Notes: generated from the letters alone by a model not told the origin. A stretch of DNA of 64,000 nt from Eledone cirrhosa (GCA_964016885.1 OZ024755.1:40796001-40860000); one strand, 5' to 3'; shown: positions 28,451 through 41,086, numbered from the stretch's first letter. Program-made: numbers and translations.

Positions 28451-30035
28451 CGGGCTTCACTGCTCGTCAGACCGAACGAGACCGACTATTAAGATATTAA
28501 ACTCTCTCCGATAGGTTTGTTTTCTAGCCTGTAATAGTGGAAACCTCTGGAATTGTGGGTCCCCAGATCACCTCCCTACTCACTGCTATCGGGGTGGAGT
28601 TGACCACCCACAGGAGCAAGGCCCCACCATTTGCAATGGCTATTCCAACGCCTCTCCCTCCTCCGGGGTAACATTTTCTCCCATTGTCTCCTCAGCTGTG
28701 ACCAGGGTGTGACCTGTCACTGGGCTCCCACACATCAGAGAATGGTTCCCACCACCCCCCGGGCCCACATCACTGGAGTAGCGATGCTGGATTGTAATAC
28801 ATGAAGTCATACGTACATTTCTACCGTAAAACAATTGGATCTCGTTATTACAGTGTGGTGAGGGTTAGGGCTATACTATGGGTGTGATAGACGTTCCAGC
28901 TGTGACCATCCTATCGTTTCTATCTGTTTAAGCTCCGAGGGATGTGCAATGTTAGTGTGCACGAGCACCATAAATATAAGTAAAGTGAAACACTTGGCAT
29001 AAGAGGAATTGGATGAAGTTGGTATCGACACGTGACTTGTATGGAAGATAGCAGCTGCTATAAAGAGAAATCCCAGTGGCTAGGACCCGTGGAAAGGCAG
29101 ACCCAGGAAGACATGGGATGAGGTTGTGAAGACCGACCTTACCAGCATTTACTCCGTACCTGCTGTCCTCTCTAAAGCCCTTAAATATTCTTACTATTGC
29201 ATATTAGTAGCAACCCTCTTCACCTCTGTGCACCGCATCCATGCTCACACCACTGTCACCCCTTAGCTATTCTCTCCATCTCTACACCACCCCTTCCTGG
29301 CATTGGAGAATACCATCCCTACCCCAGCGCTAATCACCAAACCATCCACGCCCACCTCAACCACTTCAGTGCTCCCACCACCTTACCTCCTTTCCTATAC
29401 GCCACCCTGCCAAATCACACATGCCGTAGCTTCATACTTATCCCTCTCCTATCGTCCCTTCCACCAGAGAGGGCTCTTCCGTTGGGGCAACGACCAACAA
29501 CATACCTAGCGTTGGTTCCACGTAATGCACCCGGTTCACCCTGCAAGGTGGTTGGCTACAGGAAGGGCACCCCGCTGTAGAAATCAAGCCTATAAAAAGG
29601 GGTCAAAAGAACCGGTCAGGCGTGTCACAGCGAGACAACCTCTCTAATGTTGGTGATCTTCACGATAAACGCACCCAGTACACGCTGTAAAGTGGTTGGT
29701 GACAGGAGGTGCATCCAGCCATAGAAAGCTTGCCAAACAAAGAGTTGGTAGGACCCTTCAGTTATGTCAAAGACATAATAGCGTCTCCTGTGCACTTGTC
29801 TCCTACTCTCATTCGATTTACCCATTCTATAACCTCCCTCCTCCACTTCATACTCTATCCTTAGAATCTGCTGTATACATATCACTTTCAACGCCTGACC
29901 GCTCCACTCCCCTATTGTTCTACAGGCAAGTTCAGCCACCCCTACCTCCCACCAAATGCCATGATAGACTTATTTGTGTTTACAACAAATTTTAACCAAT
30001 CCTCTTGACAACTACAATCTTCCCATATAAGGAAG

Positions 30036-30133
30036 TACCCCCTTGACAAGTTCGGCTATTTATTCACCAGGCTAAAAGTTTTAATTTAGTCCTGAAATAG
30101 CTGCCGAAATGGCTTGAGCTCTGCCGTCAGGGT
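30036..30133 (+). ncRNA. Decayed type I hammerhead ribozyme motif
   Basis: Stem I ACCC/GGGT; core TTGACAA (two transitions from CTGACGA); stem II CGGCTATTT/AAATAGCTG; GAAA; stem III ATGGC/GCCGT followed by C (GUC triplet). Confidence 0.45.
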
Positions 30134-30192
30134 CATACTTTTTCCTATTTCCCACTCTACTACCCATCTGGTTCCTTACCACAATTCCTTTG

Positions 30193-30235
<43 letters not shown>

Positions 30236-30546
30236 TTATAACGGTTACTTACCGGTCATTAATTCCAATTAGAAATCACGAACTTGTCCGGCAAAAACCA
30301 GTTTAGACCAGATATTTTTATTTCCTTTTCTTGATTTTATTTATTTATTTCTTGTTATTTAATCCTTAATTTAATTATTGATTGATATCTCTCTATATGT
30401 CATCTCCAGTCTGTGTGTGATTCCAAGTGATTGCCCCAATCAGATGAAGTTTTATTTAGCTGAGACTAGCTGTGACCTTAGAAGAACTTCCATTAACAAC
30501 TACAATGGAATACCTGCTGATCATAGGGGGGGGGTCTGCGGGAGTG

Positions 30547-31363
30547 GGTGTGCGGGTGTGTGTCTCAGTGTGTGTGTGTGTCTGTATGTGTGTGTGTGTT
30601 CGTGTGTGTGTGTGTCTGCATGTATATGTGTCTGTATGTGTGTGTGTGTATGCGTGTGTGTCTGTATGTGTGCGTGCGTGTGTGTCCGTGTGTGTCTCAG
30701 TGTGCGCCTGTAAGTGTGTGCGTGCGTGTGTATCTGTATGTGTGTGTGTCTGCATATATATGTGTCTGTATGTGTGTGTGTTCGTGTGTGTGTATGCGTG
30801 TGTGTCTGTATGTGTGTGTTCGTGTGTGTCTCAGTGTGTGCGTGCGTGTGTATCTGTATGTGTGTGTGTCACAGTGTGTGCCTGTAAGTGTGTGCGTGCG
30901 TGTGTTTGTGTATCTCGTTGTGTTCGTATATGTGTGTGTGTGTGTGTGTCTGCATGTGTGTGTGTGTGTGCATGTGGATCAGCATGAGTGTGTGTGTGCG
31001 CGTGTGTGCGTGACTCGGTGTGTGACTGTATGTGTGCGTGTGTGTGTGTGTGCACGTATGTGACTGTCTGTGCCTGTGTTGTGTCTGTCTCTGTGCGTGT
31101 ATGTGTGTATATGTATGTTTGTGTATGTGTGTGTACGTATGTATGTGTGTATGTGTCTGTCTATGTACATGTATGTGTGTGTGTACATGACTGTGTGTGT
31201 GTGTTTATATATAAATATATATATACACTGTGTGTGTGGGTGTCTGTCTGTATGTGTGTGTATATATGTGTGTGTGTGTTTGTGTTCACGTGTATCTGTG
31301 TGTATATATATGTGTGTGTGTGTTTGTGTTCACGTGGATGTGTGTGTGTATATATATGTGTCT

Positions 31364-31440
<77 letters not shown>

Positions 31441-31486
31441 CGCGTGTATGTGTGTATATATACATGTGTGTGTGTTTGTGTGTGTT
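30547..31486. repeat. Compound (GT)n/(GTAT)n low-complexity microsatellite
   Basis: Degenerate and pure GT dinucleotide tracts. These explain all the VC- and HT-rich ORFs. Confidence 0.97.
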
Positions 31487-31662
31487 TCCTGCAGACATTG
31501 ACTTTCAAATATTCAATATAAACCATATTGATTTAATCCGTCTGGGAGGGCATGTAAGGGTTGGTGAGTATAAGAAGAGTATTGGATGAGATGTGACAGC
31601 TAGGAGAGGGGCAGCCCCTCCATTCAACTAAGCCTCAGGAAAGTCAAAATAAGACCAACTAC

Positions 31663-32241
31663 GTTCTAAATATATACACCAGATGTCAGTACTCCATGTT
31701 AAAGTTCTAAATATATACACCAGATGTCAGTACTCCATGTTAAAGTTCTAAATATATACACCAGATGTCAGTACTCCATGTTAAAGTTCTAAATATATAC
31801 ACCAGTTGTCAATACTCCATGTACATTTCTAAATATATACACCAGATGTCACTACTCCATGTTAAAGTTCTAAATATATACACCAGATGTCACTACTCCA
31901 TGTTATAGTTCTAAATATATACACCAGTCGTCTATACTCTATGTTAAAGTTCTAAATATATACACCAGTCGTCTATACTCTATGTTAAAGTTTTAAATAT
32001 ATACACCAGATGTCAGTACTCCATGTACATTACTAAATATATACACCAGATGTCAGTACTCCATGTTAAAGTTCTAAATATATACACCAGTCGTCTGTAG
32101 TTCATGTACATTACTAAATATATACACCCGATGTCAGTACTCCATGTTAAAGTTCTAAATATATACACCAGTCGTCTGTAGTCCATGTACATTACTAAAT
32201 ATATACACCAGATGTCAGTACTATATGTCAAAGTTCTAAAT
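31663..32241. repeat. Minisatellite of about 41 bp, GTTCTAAATATATACACCAGATGTCAGTACTCCATGTTAAA, about 14 copies
   Basis: Direct tandem repetition with slightly shorter variants. Confidence 0.95.
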
Positions 32242-32319
32242 AAACCCATGAAAGAACTACAGAGTTATTTCACCAAACATCTCCATACAAATTAAACTGA
32301 TCATTGAAGCTATTTTCAC

Positions 32320-32840
32320 AACCACCCTGCCCTAGACGTATAGCCTGCCACCCTCTCCTCTTCCCCTTCCGTGGCCTAACAATCCTTGCTCTTTCCCTCC
32401 TTTCCTCTTATTTACAACATTTATAGTCCTTTCCCCTACTTTCCCATACACCCCTATCTGCTCTTCTTTAACCCTCCCCCCTTTTTTCATTATTTAATCT
32501 TGTTTTTACCTTTTTACTATTATTTCCATCATTGTATAACTTCTGTCTGTAAAATCTAGTTGACATATGTTTATGTATAACAAACTGGCTGAATTTAATT
32601 CATAAATCGTAGTTTTGTCCGCGGGGCACAGCCCAAACACCACCCCGCCCTAGGCCCAGCCCATGATCCTCTCACCTTCTCTCTCCCTTTCTTCTGTAGC
32701 CTAATTGTCCTCCCCCCCCTTTTCCTCTAATTTATAATCACCTTTCCTCTACTTTCCCCATACACCCAGATCTGCTTTTCTTTAACCCTTCCCCTTTTTT
32801 TTTTTCATTATTTAATTTTGTTTTTATCTTTATTTTTCAT
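32320..32840. repeat. Diverged local direct duplication of a pyrimidine-rich segment of about 200 bp (about 32320-32520 and 32638-32835)
   Basis: Shared motifs in the same order: accaccc.gccctag, cctactttccc.atacaccc, tctgct.ttctttaaccct.cccc, ttttttcattatttaat. Confidence 0.7.
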
Positions 32841-33546
32841 ATTTATGTAATTTATCGATGGTTTTAAAGTCAACTTTGTGACTTCAGCGACATATTGTAC
32901 ATGGTCCTGCTGTAGACTCGTAGTTATACCTTAAGTATACCTTAATCTTCAACTATATGCTGTGTTCTAATATAAATATTTACTATTTAATTATGATGTC
33001 AAACGTATAAACGTTAGACACATCATTTCAGTTATTTATAGTTCATGTTGCTATAGCAATGTATTAAATTTACCTTAAAATGTAGTGGGGGGGAGGGGGC
33101 GTGCCTCAGATGGTGGACTGAAAGTCATTTGAAATTGCACCAAAACAGGACCATAGCACCTACTGCCAGAGACCCCAATTGTTTCAGCGTTTGTGCAAGA
33201 ACGTGCAAGTCTCTAGCAGAACTAACAAACCACCTCCATGCTGCTCATGCTTGGGTGTCAAGGGGTAGCATTACTTGATATTGAGTTGCAGCCATGATCA
33301 TATATATATATAGCTCTGTACTATACATAGAGCACTCTTATTTCCTTTACATTTTCTATGGGAATACATAACTCACACACGCATATATATATATATATAT
33401 ATATATGTAGATAAATCTACCAAGAGTTTACGGTAGTGTCCAATCCGTATGAAGAACTCAATGTAATCCGGATATCATGGAAAGAAGAGATGCATTCAAA
33501 AATCACTTTCGGTGAAAGATAAACGGAATACAGAGTCAAGATAAAG

Positions 33547-33549
<3 letters not shown>

Positions 33550-33593
<44 letters not shown>

Positions 33594-33689
33594 CGGATCT
33601 AGCTGTCGAAACGGCCGGAGCTCAGCCGTCGGGGTCCGGATTCTTTTCATATATATATATATTTATATATATATATGTACATACATATA

Positions 33690-33768
<79 letters not shown>
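33550..33768. repeat. (TA)n microsatellite tracts
   Basis: Long TA runs, interrupted by a short GC-rich repeat fragment at 33590-33645. Confidence 0.9.
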
Positions 33769-33774
<6 letters not shown>

Positions 33775-33819
33775 ATAAAATACACACACATATTCATATG
33801 TGTATGTGATGTCCACGTT

Positions 33820-35978
33820 AACAAGTTTTGCTCCATAACTCTGCTAAATACAGAGTTACAGATTTTGGCCAAGGTGCTAGCAAAGAGGCTGGCGCTTGTC
33901 GTGGGCAACCTGGTGGGAGATGCGCAGACATGTGCTATACCGTCCAGGTCCATCAACGACAACCTCCACCTCATGCGATACATCATAGAGAGGGTTGGGA
34001 ACGAACCCGGCTTTGGTGGGGCCCTGATCAACTTGGATCAATCTAAAGCGTTCGATAGGGTCGACCATGGTTACCTGGATGCGGTGCTAGCAGCAGCAGG
34101 CTTCGAACCCGTTTTCAGGGGCTGGATCAATGCCATGCACAGCAGCCACATCTGCTCTAGGGTCAAGGTGAACGGCTACCTCTCGGAGACGTTCGAAATC
34201 GCGTGGTCCATCCGACAAGGGTGCCCTCTCTCCTCCCTTCTGTATGTAATGACTCTAGAGCCACTGCTGCGGAAGTTGGAGTTGTTGCAGGGCATCCCGT
34301 TGGAACCGGGATTTCGGAAAGCGGTGTCGGCCTACGCCGACGACGTAACAGTAATGGTGTCGACGGCCTCGGAAATCGGGGCGATCGGCACCTTACTGGA
34401 GGAGTACGAAAGGTTTACAGGGGCTAAGCTGAACCGGGACAAGTCGATCGGTCTGCAACTCGGCACGTGGAGGGGCAGATCGATGCCCTCCGATGGCGTC
34501 GTGGGGCGCTGGACGGAGGGCCCGGTGAAGTTGCTCGGGGTCTGGTTCGGACCAGACCTCCAGGTGGAGAAGAACTGGGGTGAGGTAACGAACAGGGTGT
34601 TTGCACTGACCCAGAAGTGGGCCGAGTGCAAACTGTCCCTGAAAGGTCGGGCGGAGGTGGCGAACACTTATATAGCGTCCGTCATCTACTACCGCCTGAC
34701 CGTTGTGCCTTGCCCAAGGGAAACGCTCGTCAAAATGGAGCGCGCACTCTTCCAATTCCTTTGGAAGAAGCGGGCTCTTATGGTGAGGAGATCCATCTGC
34801 TGTCAACACCCTTCGAAAGGAGAGCTGGGGATGCCGTGGCTAATGATACGTAAACACGCATTAAGGCTACGACACCTCCAGGTATTCCTCACCGGTCAAC
34901 CGGTGTGGGCCTCGTTTGTGAGGCGAGCCTTTCCCAGACTCGTCTCACTCACCGAGCTGCAATCCTGGGTCAAGCAAAGACCGAGAAAACTGGGCGCCAG
35001 GCACACCGAGTGGGCCCAGGTGCTCATGACTCTCTGGCAGGCGGACCCGGCTGTCAGTGGAGAATCCACCTCGTCATTCTATAGAGGGCTGGTGGTTAGC
35101 AGGTGCGACGACGCCCTCGGAGAAGCCCTAGGCATGGAGGAAGACGAACTGGCCAACCTGTTCGGTAGGACATTCAGCCCGGGACCCATGGATAACTTCC
35201 AGAGGTCCCTGGCCTGGCAGTGCTACCGAAGGGCTCTGCCCGTTCGAGAAAGGCTCTACAGACATGGGCGCCCGGGTAGGGACCCCTCGAAAAAGATCTG
35301 TCCCAGATGCGTGTGCGACGAGGAAACCGTTGCACACGCATTGGTACACTGCTCGGGCATTGCCGATCTGTGGGGCTATGTCGAACAACTGCTGTCAAGG
35401 GTGGGACCGATCCGGTTGACCACCAAGTCTATTGTAACGATCAAGCCCCCCCCCCCTCTTCAAAAACGAAGGAGAGGCAGTGTTTCTGTGCGTAATAGCC
35501 ATGGCGAAAGAGGTTGTATGGTGGACGCGTCTGAAAGGACTGAGGTCAGACACCTTTCTCTCTGGCCAACAACTGGTCCGTTTCTTCCGATATCATTTCG
35601 GAAGAAGGATCAGGATGGAGAGAGAGGTGCTGTACCCCAGCCGTTTCTATGAAAGATGGGTGAAAGTGGCGAGAATGGCCCGTGTGAATGGGCCTTCACT
35701 CTACATCAGACTATAGGTGAGGAAGATGAAAGATCAAGGGAGCACCCCCTCTCTGTGCTCCTGAGGAGAAGGGTTGCACACGTTTTTTCGGGGGTGTGTG
35801 CGACCCCCCAAGGCGCCTCCTCCCTATGGAGGATTTTGTAATAAAATTTATTTTGTTATATTGTATTTTATTTTTATACTTTGTTATTGCCTCCTCCATA
35901 TTGAGGACGCCTTGTTATGTAAACTCCCCCCATTGTACTTGTCCCACTTTTGATGCCCTGGTGGCAAATAAAAAGAAA
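33820..35978 (+). mobile_element. 5'-truncated non-LTR retrotransposon (L1/Tx1 clade)
   Basis: Starts inside the RT domain ([17 protein letters not shown]) and is GC-rich relative to its flanks. The 3' UTR ends in AATAAAAAGAAA. A near-identical 3' end occurs at 52967-53225. Confidence 0.93.
33865..35716 (+). pseudogene. ORF2 reverse transcriptase remnant of the L1/Tx1 element (RT plus C-terminal zinc finger), frameshifted at poly-C near 35446-35457
   Basis: Motifs [30 protein letters not shown] and [15 protein letters not shown]. The C-terminus continues in ORF 35480-35716 ([11 protein letters not shown]). No endonuclease domain is present. Confidence 0.9.
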
Positions 35979-36907
35979 GTTATCTATCAAATTACAAAGT
36001 GTTGTAGTTTGCTTGAAGCATTGTGAAATAAGAAATATAAATATAACTAGGAAATAATTCTAATTATTTGGAAGCCCGACAATGTGTGAGCTTATAAGTG
36101 CCAAGTTAATAAGAATAATAGAAAATAGGGTAATAGGACTGAGAAAAATGTGGGGACGGTAGGATTTTACATTAGCAATTTTAAAGACCCCAAATAGTTT
36201 CGGATTTCCCATCCATTATCAAGGGGAGTGGGGGGGGAGTCTGAGAGCAATCTGAGACGATTTGGTGATGGCTGGTAGATTTAATTTGAATGGGTGAAAA
36301 AAAAACGTTAGAGTTTAATGTTGTTTGCGGATGTGTATAGGGAAAAACGTGTTAACTTGGCACTTATAATCTCTTACGCATTACCGGGCTTCCAAATAAT
36401 TAAAATTATTTCCCAGTTATATTTGTATACACACACACACATTCACAGACACACAGACACACATATACACGCGCGCGCGCGCACACACACACACACATTT
36501 GCATAAAGGAACCGTTGAAATAATTATTATGAATAAACGATTTTTGTAACATTAGCATTTTGTCAATAAAAAGAAACACACACACAATATGATTTTCATT
36601 CTATCTTTATTACTCGTTATTCATTCGTTTGTCAAAGTTCTTTCGTCACATATTCTGTAACCTCCTTAATGATATATGTTCTCTTTTGTGTCTCACCTTC
36701 TTTCTGGTCTTAAATTTCTACTCCATCTTCTCTTTTGTTTTGTGGTGCATTTTCTGTGATTCGTGACTGCGCATGCGTGTGTGTATCTTTGTGTTTGCCA
36801 TATCTATGTGTGTTTTTTGTGTGGGGGCGTGTTGTATTATTCGCTGTTTGTGGTGGAACCTATACCAGTAGAGACTTCTAGAGTTCTTGGTCCCCATCCT
36901 CATTCGT

Positions 36908-36943
36908 TCTTCTGATGAAGGACTAGCGTCCGAAACGTTAAGA
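36908..36943 (+). ncRNA. Minimal type I hammerhead ribozyme motif (Penelope-like type)
   Basis: TCTT-CTGATGA-A-GGAC(TAGC)GTCC-GAAACGT-T-AAGA: intact core, 4-bp stem II hairpin, palindromic ACGT stem III, stem I TCTT/AAGA. Confidence 0.65.
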
Positions 36944-37099
36944 CCCTCTTCCTGCTATATCAAGCGTTAACCTAATATATACCTCCCATATACTGTACCG
37001 ATTGTGTTGTTATTTCTCTTTACCTTTTACATACATATACACAATATAATATATCGATATTTTGACTTCCACAAGACCAGCACTGTTTCATTCGTAGGA

Positions 37100-37270
37100 A
37101 ATAATTGTTTCTACTTTTGGCACAAGGCCAGCAATTATCCAGTATATTACTGGTACTTTATTTTATCGACCCCGTAAGGATGAAAGCAAAGTTAACCTCG
37201 GCGGGATTTGAACTCAGACCGTAAAGGGACGTAACTATGCTGGAAAGCATGGCGTCCGACTCTCTACTGG
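37100..37270 (-). mobile_element. tRNA-derived SINE with core gcctttcatccttacggggtcgataaaataaagtaccag
   Basis: Near-identical copies or fragments at 37878-37976, 38659-39090, 41360-41510, 42982-43165 and 57378-57480. B-box GAGTTCAAATCC. Confidence 0.85.
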
Positions 37271-37333
37271 AATAATTACTAGTTGTAACAATTGGTGAAT
37301 GTAAAATAAACTAAAAAAAAAAAATGTCAGTAA

Positions 37334-37425
37334 TCTCGCGAGACGGATTCGAACCATCGACCTAAGGATAACAGCCGTTTATTCACCTCTACAGTCCTCC
37401 GCTCTACCAACTGAGCTATCGCGAG
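37334..37425 (-). tRNA. trnY: tRNA-Tyr(GTA) with a 19-nt intron, second copy
   Basis: Exons identical to the 27533-27624 copy, with one substitution in the intron (acagcc vs acagct on the plus strand). Long oligo-T terminator downstream. Confidence 0.96.
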
Positions 37426-37996
37426 TACTGAGTACTGCTGTCAAAATATATTCTGTTATCAGATCAGGATTGTGTGGGAGGAGAAGAAGAAAAAACTATG
37501 TTGAACGAATGTTTACTAGATGTAACATACATAGAGTTGGCTACTCACAAGAGCGGGCTCCGCGAGTTGGAGTGTTTATTCCAGCGCATCTTTCTGATCA
37601 TGATCATCTTCTCTACCAATGTCTTCTCCATTTTGTCTCCTCGGCCCACGAGGCCGACTAAGCTTTAAACAGTGAGAAGTTAAATATACTTAAAGAAAAA
37701 TTTATGTTACATATATATGACAATATCTGTATTTCCTTTTTCGTCAGTCAGTCGATAACTTTATCAGCTTAATTAAACGAATTATCTCCCTTGCCTTACC
37801 TCTTGACAAAAGTAACTTTAATCCACAATAGTTTAACTTAACACAACTGTAATAACTACAGTAACCCTAAATAACATAATTGTTTCTACTTTTGGTACAA
37901 GGCCAGCAATTAACCAGTGTATTACTGGTACTTTATTTTATCGAGCCCGTAAGGATGAAAGGGAAAGTTAACCTCAACATAATAGTATTTATAAGG

Positions 37997-38290
37997 AAGG
38001 CGCATGGCTGGTTAGAGCATTAAACTTGCAACCGGAAAGTTGAGTTCGCTTCTCAGACCGGGTGATGTGTTGTGTCCTTAAGCAAGACACTTTATTTCAG
38101 TTTACTCAGCTGTAGAAATGAGTTGCGACGTCTCTAGTGCCAAGCTGTATCGGCCATTGCCTTTCCCTCTAACATCATCGATGGCGTGGAGAGGGGAGGT
38201 TGGTATGAGTGGGTGTCTGCTAGTCTTCCACAAACAACTTTGCCCGGACTTGTGCCTCGGAGGGGAACTTTCTAGATGCAAATACCGTCT
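37997..38290 (+). mobile_element. tRNA-derived SINE, second family
   Basis: Head ggcgcatggctggttagagc...gagttcg, then core ccttaagcaagacactttatttca...tactcagctgtagaaatgag shared with 38900-39000 and 53960-54200. Confidence 0.75.
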
Positions 38291-38658
38291 TCGATTTATA
38301 ACGAGTATCTAATCTATATAACGAGTATCTAATCTTCTTCAAGAGGGTTGTGTTGGCAGTCCTCAAACAATCCATCCAGCGAATCCTGCCAGAAGCAACC
38401 ATCTCCAGTTGGATCCCCAAGTGATACCAGCCCAGCTCATGGATGTTATCCAACCATCTTGCTTGTGGTCTACCCTCGGGTCTCCTATCGGTCGGTTTTT
38501 CCCGTAAAATCTAATCTAATACTATAAATAATGTTAGCGTGGAAAATGGACATTAAACGAAGATGATGCGTAACTAAAGATTCGAAGAGTTATCTCCCAT
38601 ACAACTTTTCTATTTTGTTTTTTCCATAGTTATATCCCTTGCATTATCTATATCATCA

Positions 38659-39090
38659 GGCGCTGGATTGGCAGTATCGGTAGAGGGTCGGACGCCATGC
38701 TTTGCAGCATAGAGTTATGGCCCTTTACATTCTGAGTTCGAATCCAACCGAGGTTAACTTTGCCTTTCATCCTTACTAAAAGTCTGTCTTAAGCCAGAAG
38801 GCTCATTTGGCCGGTGCTTATCCTGGTTTCATGGCGTGAAGCGACTGAGAGTACAAGACTCCACCCTGGACAGGACGCCAGTCCATCACAGGGTTAAACC
38901 TCCAGCTATTGCTGGTACTCATTTTCAGCTGAGTATACTGGAGCAACGTGAAATGAAGTGTTTTGCTCAAGAACACAACACGCAACCCAGGAATCGATCC
39001 CACGACGTTATGATCGGGGTCGATAAAATAAAGTACCAGTAATGCACTGGGATAATTGCTGGCCTTGTGCCAAACGTAGAAACAATTATT
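38659..39090 (+). mobile_element. SINE split by an antisense SINE inserted at about 38777-39014
   Basis: The core ...catccttac|ggggtcgataaaa... is contiguous in other copies but is interrupted here by a minus-strand SINE fragment of about 240 bp. Confidence 0.8.
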
Positions 39091-39766
39091 TATATCATTA
39101 GTATCAGTCGAGAGTCAGACAACATGCTTTGCGGTATAAAGTAGCAGTAATGCACTGGGGTTCATTTAATCGACCCTCACCCCCCAAAACAGCAACAGCA
39201 ACAACAACATTACCACCATCACCACCAACAGTCTTCCCCTCCCAGCTCGAACGGTGGGGCTGGCAAAAGGCCAGATGGTATTGCCAAGTTCCCGTTCCGC
39301 GGTGGCAAACCCCTCGGCTGGGATGTTACTTGCGGTGACACTTTCTGCAACCTGGTGGTCTGCGACTAACCCAGGTTCTGCTGCACTTCGGGCTGATGAG
39401 GCCAAACTCTCCTTCCTAGTACCGGTCGCTCTCTGACAGGTTTGCTGTCGTGCCCTTGGCAGTGGAGTCTTCTGATGTCCTTGGCCCTAGGGCTACCTCC
39501 CTACTCACCTGGCCAGCCGCAGGTGTGAGCCTCGCAAGATGGAATGGATCATCCAGCACATCTCCCTTACCATCCTCTGGGAAAATGCCTTCTCCATTCT
39601 GTCCGCTGGGGCTGTGGGAAGGCCAGCATGTGGAACCCCATCTGCTCTTAATAGAGAGATGGAGGTGATGGCAGTGAGAGTTTGGCTCCTCCATGTTCGG
39701 ACACATTGGTAAGCGCATGTTTCTGGTTGCCCATCAACTGGTGACTAGCATTGTGCGCCAGAGAAT

Positions 39767-39953
39767 GACACTGGCTATGTCTTTAACCCTCTCATTACCA
39801 TATTTCTAATGTAAGACACTGTCTATGTCTTTAACCCTTTCATTACCATATTTCTAATGTAAGACACTGTCTATGTCTTTAACCCTTCCATTACCATATT
39901 TCTAATGTAAGACAGTGTCTATGTCTTTAACCCTTTCATTACCAGATCTCTAA
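39767..39953. repeat. Isolated island of about 4 monomers of the 48-bp satellite
   Basis: Same monomer and orientation as 1-27175, carrying the ATGTAAGAC variant. Confidence 0.95.
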
Positions 39954-39984
39954 AGTAAAGCGGGATGTGAGGAAAAGCATTGCT

Positions 39985-40323
39985 GTTGCATTTCCAGACA
40001 GCGAGGGTCCTCCTATGGTGCTGACATGCAGCATCTGAGCTAGACTCTGCCTCAGCAAAGCTGGAATCAAAAGTAATCTTTGCAGTCATAAAGTGAGACC
40101 AGTGGTTGACTACCAGGCTGCTGTTGGAGATGCTACTCATCATGCTTGCCAAACATGTGGTAGAGAATGTAAATCAGCAGGAGGGCTCAAACGACATGCA
40201 AAAGTACATGAACTCCAACCACAGCTGGCTATTGCCAGTGAATGTTTTGGGTGCCAACTCTGTGCAAGACATTTTAGATCATTGGCTGGGCTAAAAATCT
40301 ACATTCGATCGAAACACTGTTAA
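39985..40323 (+). mobile_element. 3' end of an RTE-like LINE ORF with terminal C2H2-type zinc fingers, decayed
   Basis: CQTCGRECKSAGGLKRH and CQLCARHFRSLAGLKIYIRSKH, followed by ggccatagtcgataacaa...gcagccatcat, typical of RTE 3' ends. No splice context. Confidence 0.6.
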
Positions 40324-41086
40324 TTATTAATACGTTGTTTTTTTTTGTGCAATGGCCATAGTCGATAACAAGGAGGCAGCCATCATGTGTGTGTATGTAT
40401 GTGTGTATGTATGTATGTTCTTTTGGTTTCATTGTTAGGTCACTCCTGGGTGCTACTACTAACATGGTCGGGTCATCGGCGACTAAACCGGCAACCCCAC
40501 CAGGCTTACTTGGTGAGGGTGGGGTGATTATTCAACATCCTGCAGGACGAAAATCAAAACCTGTCAAAGGGCGGAGGAACTCGTGAAAGTCAACGGCCAT
40601 CCATTAGCATATATGTATGTGTGGGTTGCAGTCAGGTTTGGTTCTGGTTTCCCTGGATTGTCCTGCTACTGGCTACCATGTAACCCTGCCACATTGGGCC
40701 AGGTGGAGGTTGTCAGCCTTGGCAGGTAGTCCATGTAGGAGAAGGACAACTCTGAATCCAAACCTCCACTCCCTTGCGGTGATATCCAGTCATGGGAAGG
40801 TTTCAGGAGTAAACCTTGTGGAACAATCCGGAGTCGGAGACCCTACACGCGGATCCTCTCTTGATAATGGGGTTTTAAACACAAAAATATTTCAGATAAT
40901 TAAATTTGCTAATGTAAAATTCTATCGTCCTCATACTTTCCTCTTTAACTCCTATTACTTTGGCATTTTTAATCTTATACATTTTGTAGGGCTTTCAAAT
41001 ATTTAAACTTATTTAAATCTGTATTTCCTACTCCACAATGCTTCAAGCAAACTACAACACTTTGTTATATATATATATATTTAATC

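Noticed and set aside
30378-31589. Cys/Val-rich and His/Thr-rich ORFs
   Set aside because: They are translations of the GT/CA microsatellite.
37997-38060. Additional tRNA genes in SINE heads
   Set aside because: A/B-box-like motifs are present, but there is no cloverleaf or acceptor stem, and they continue into SINE cores.
39129-39760. GC-rich overlapping ORFs, possibly a LINE ORF1 remnant
   Set aside because: No recognisable motif in any frame, so I cannot assign it without a search.
40093-40323. Host C2H2 zinc-finger gene exon
   Set aside because: The second finger lacks its first His, there is no TGEKP linker or splice context, and the flanks resemble an RTE LINE 3' end.
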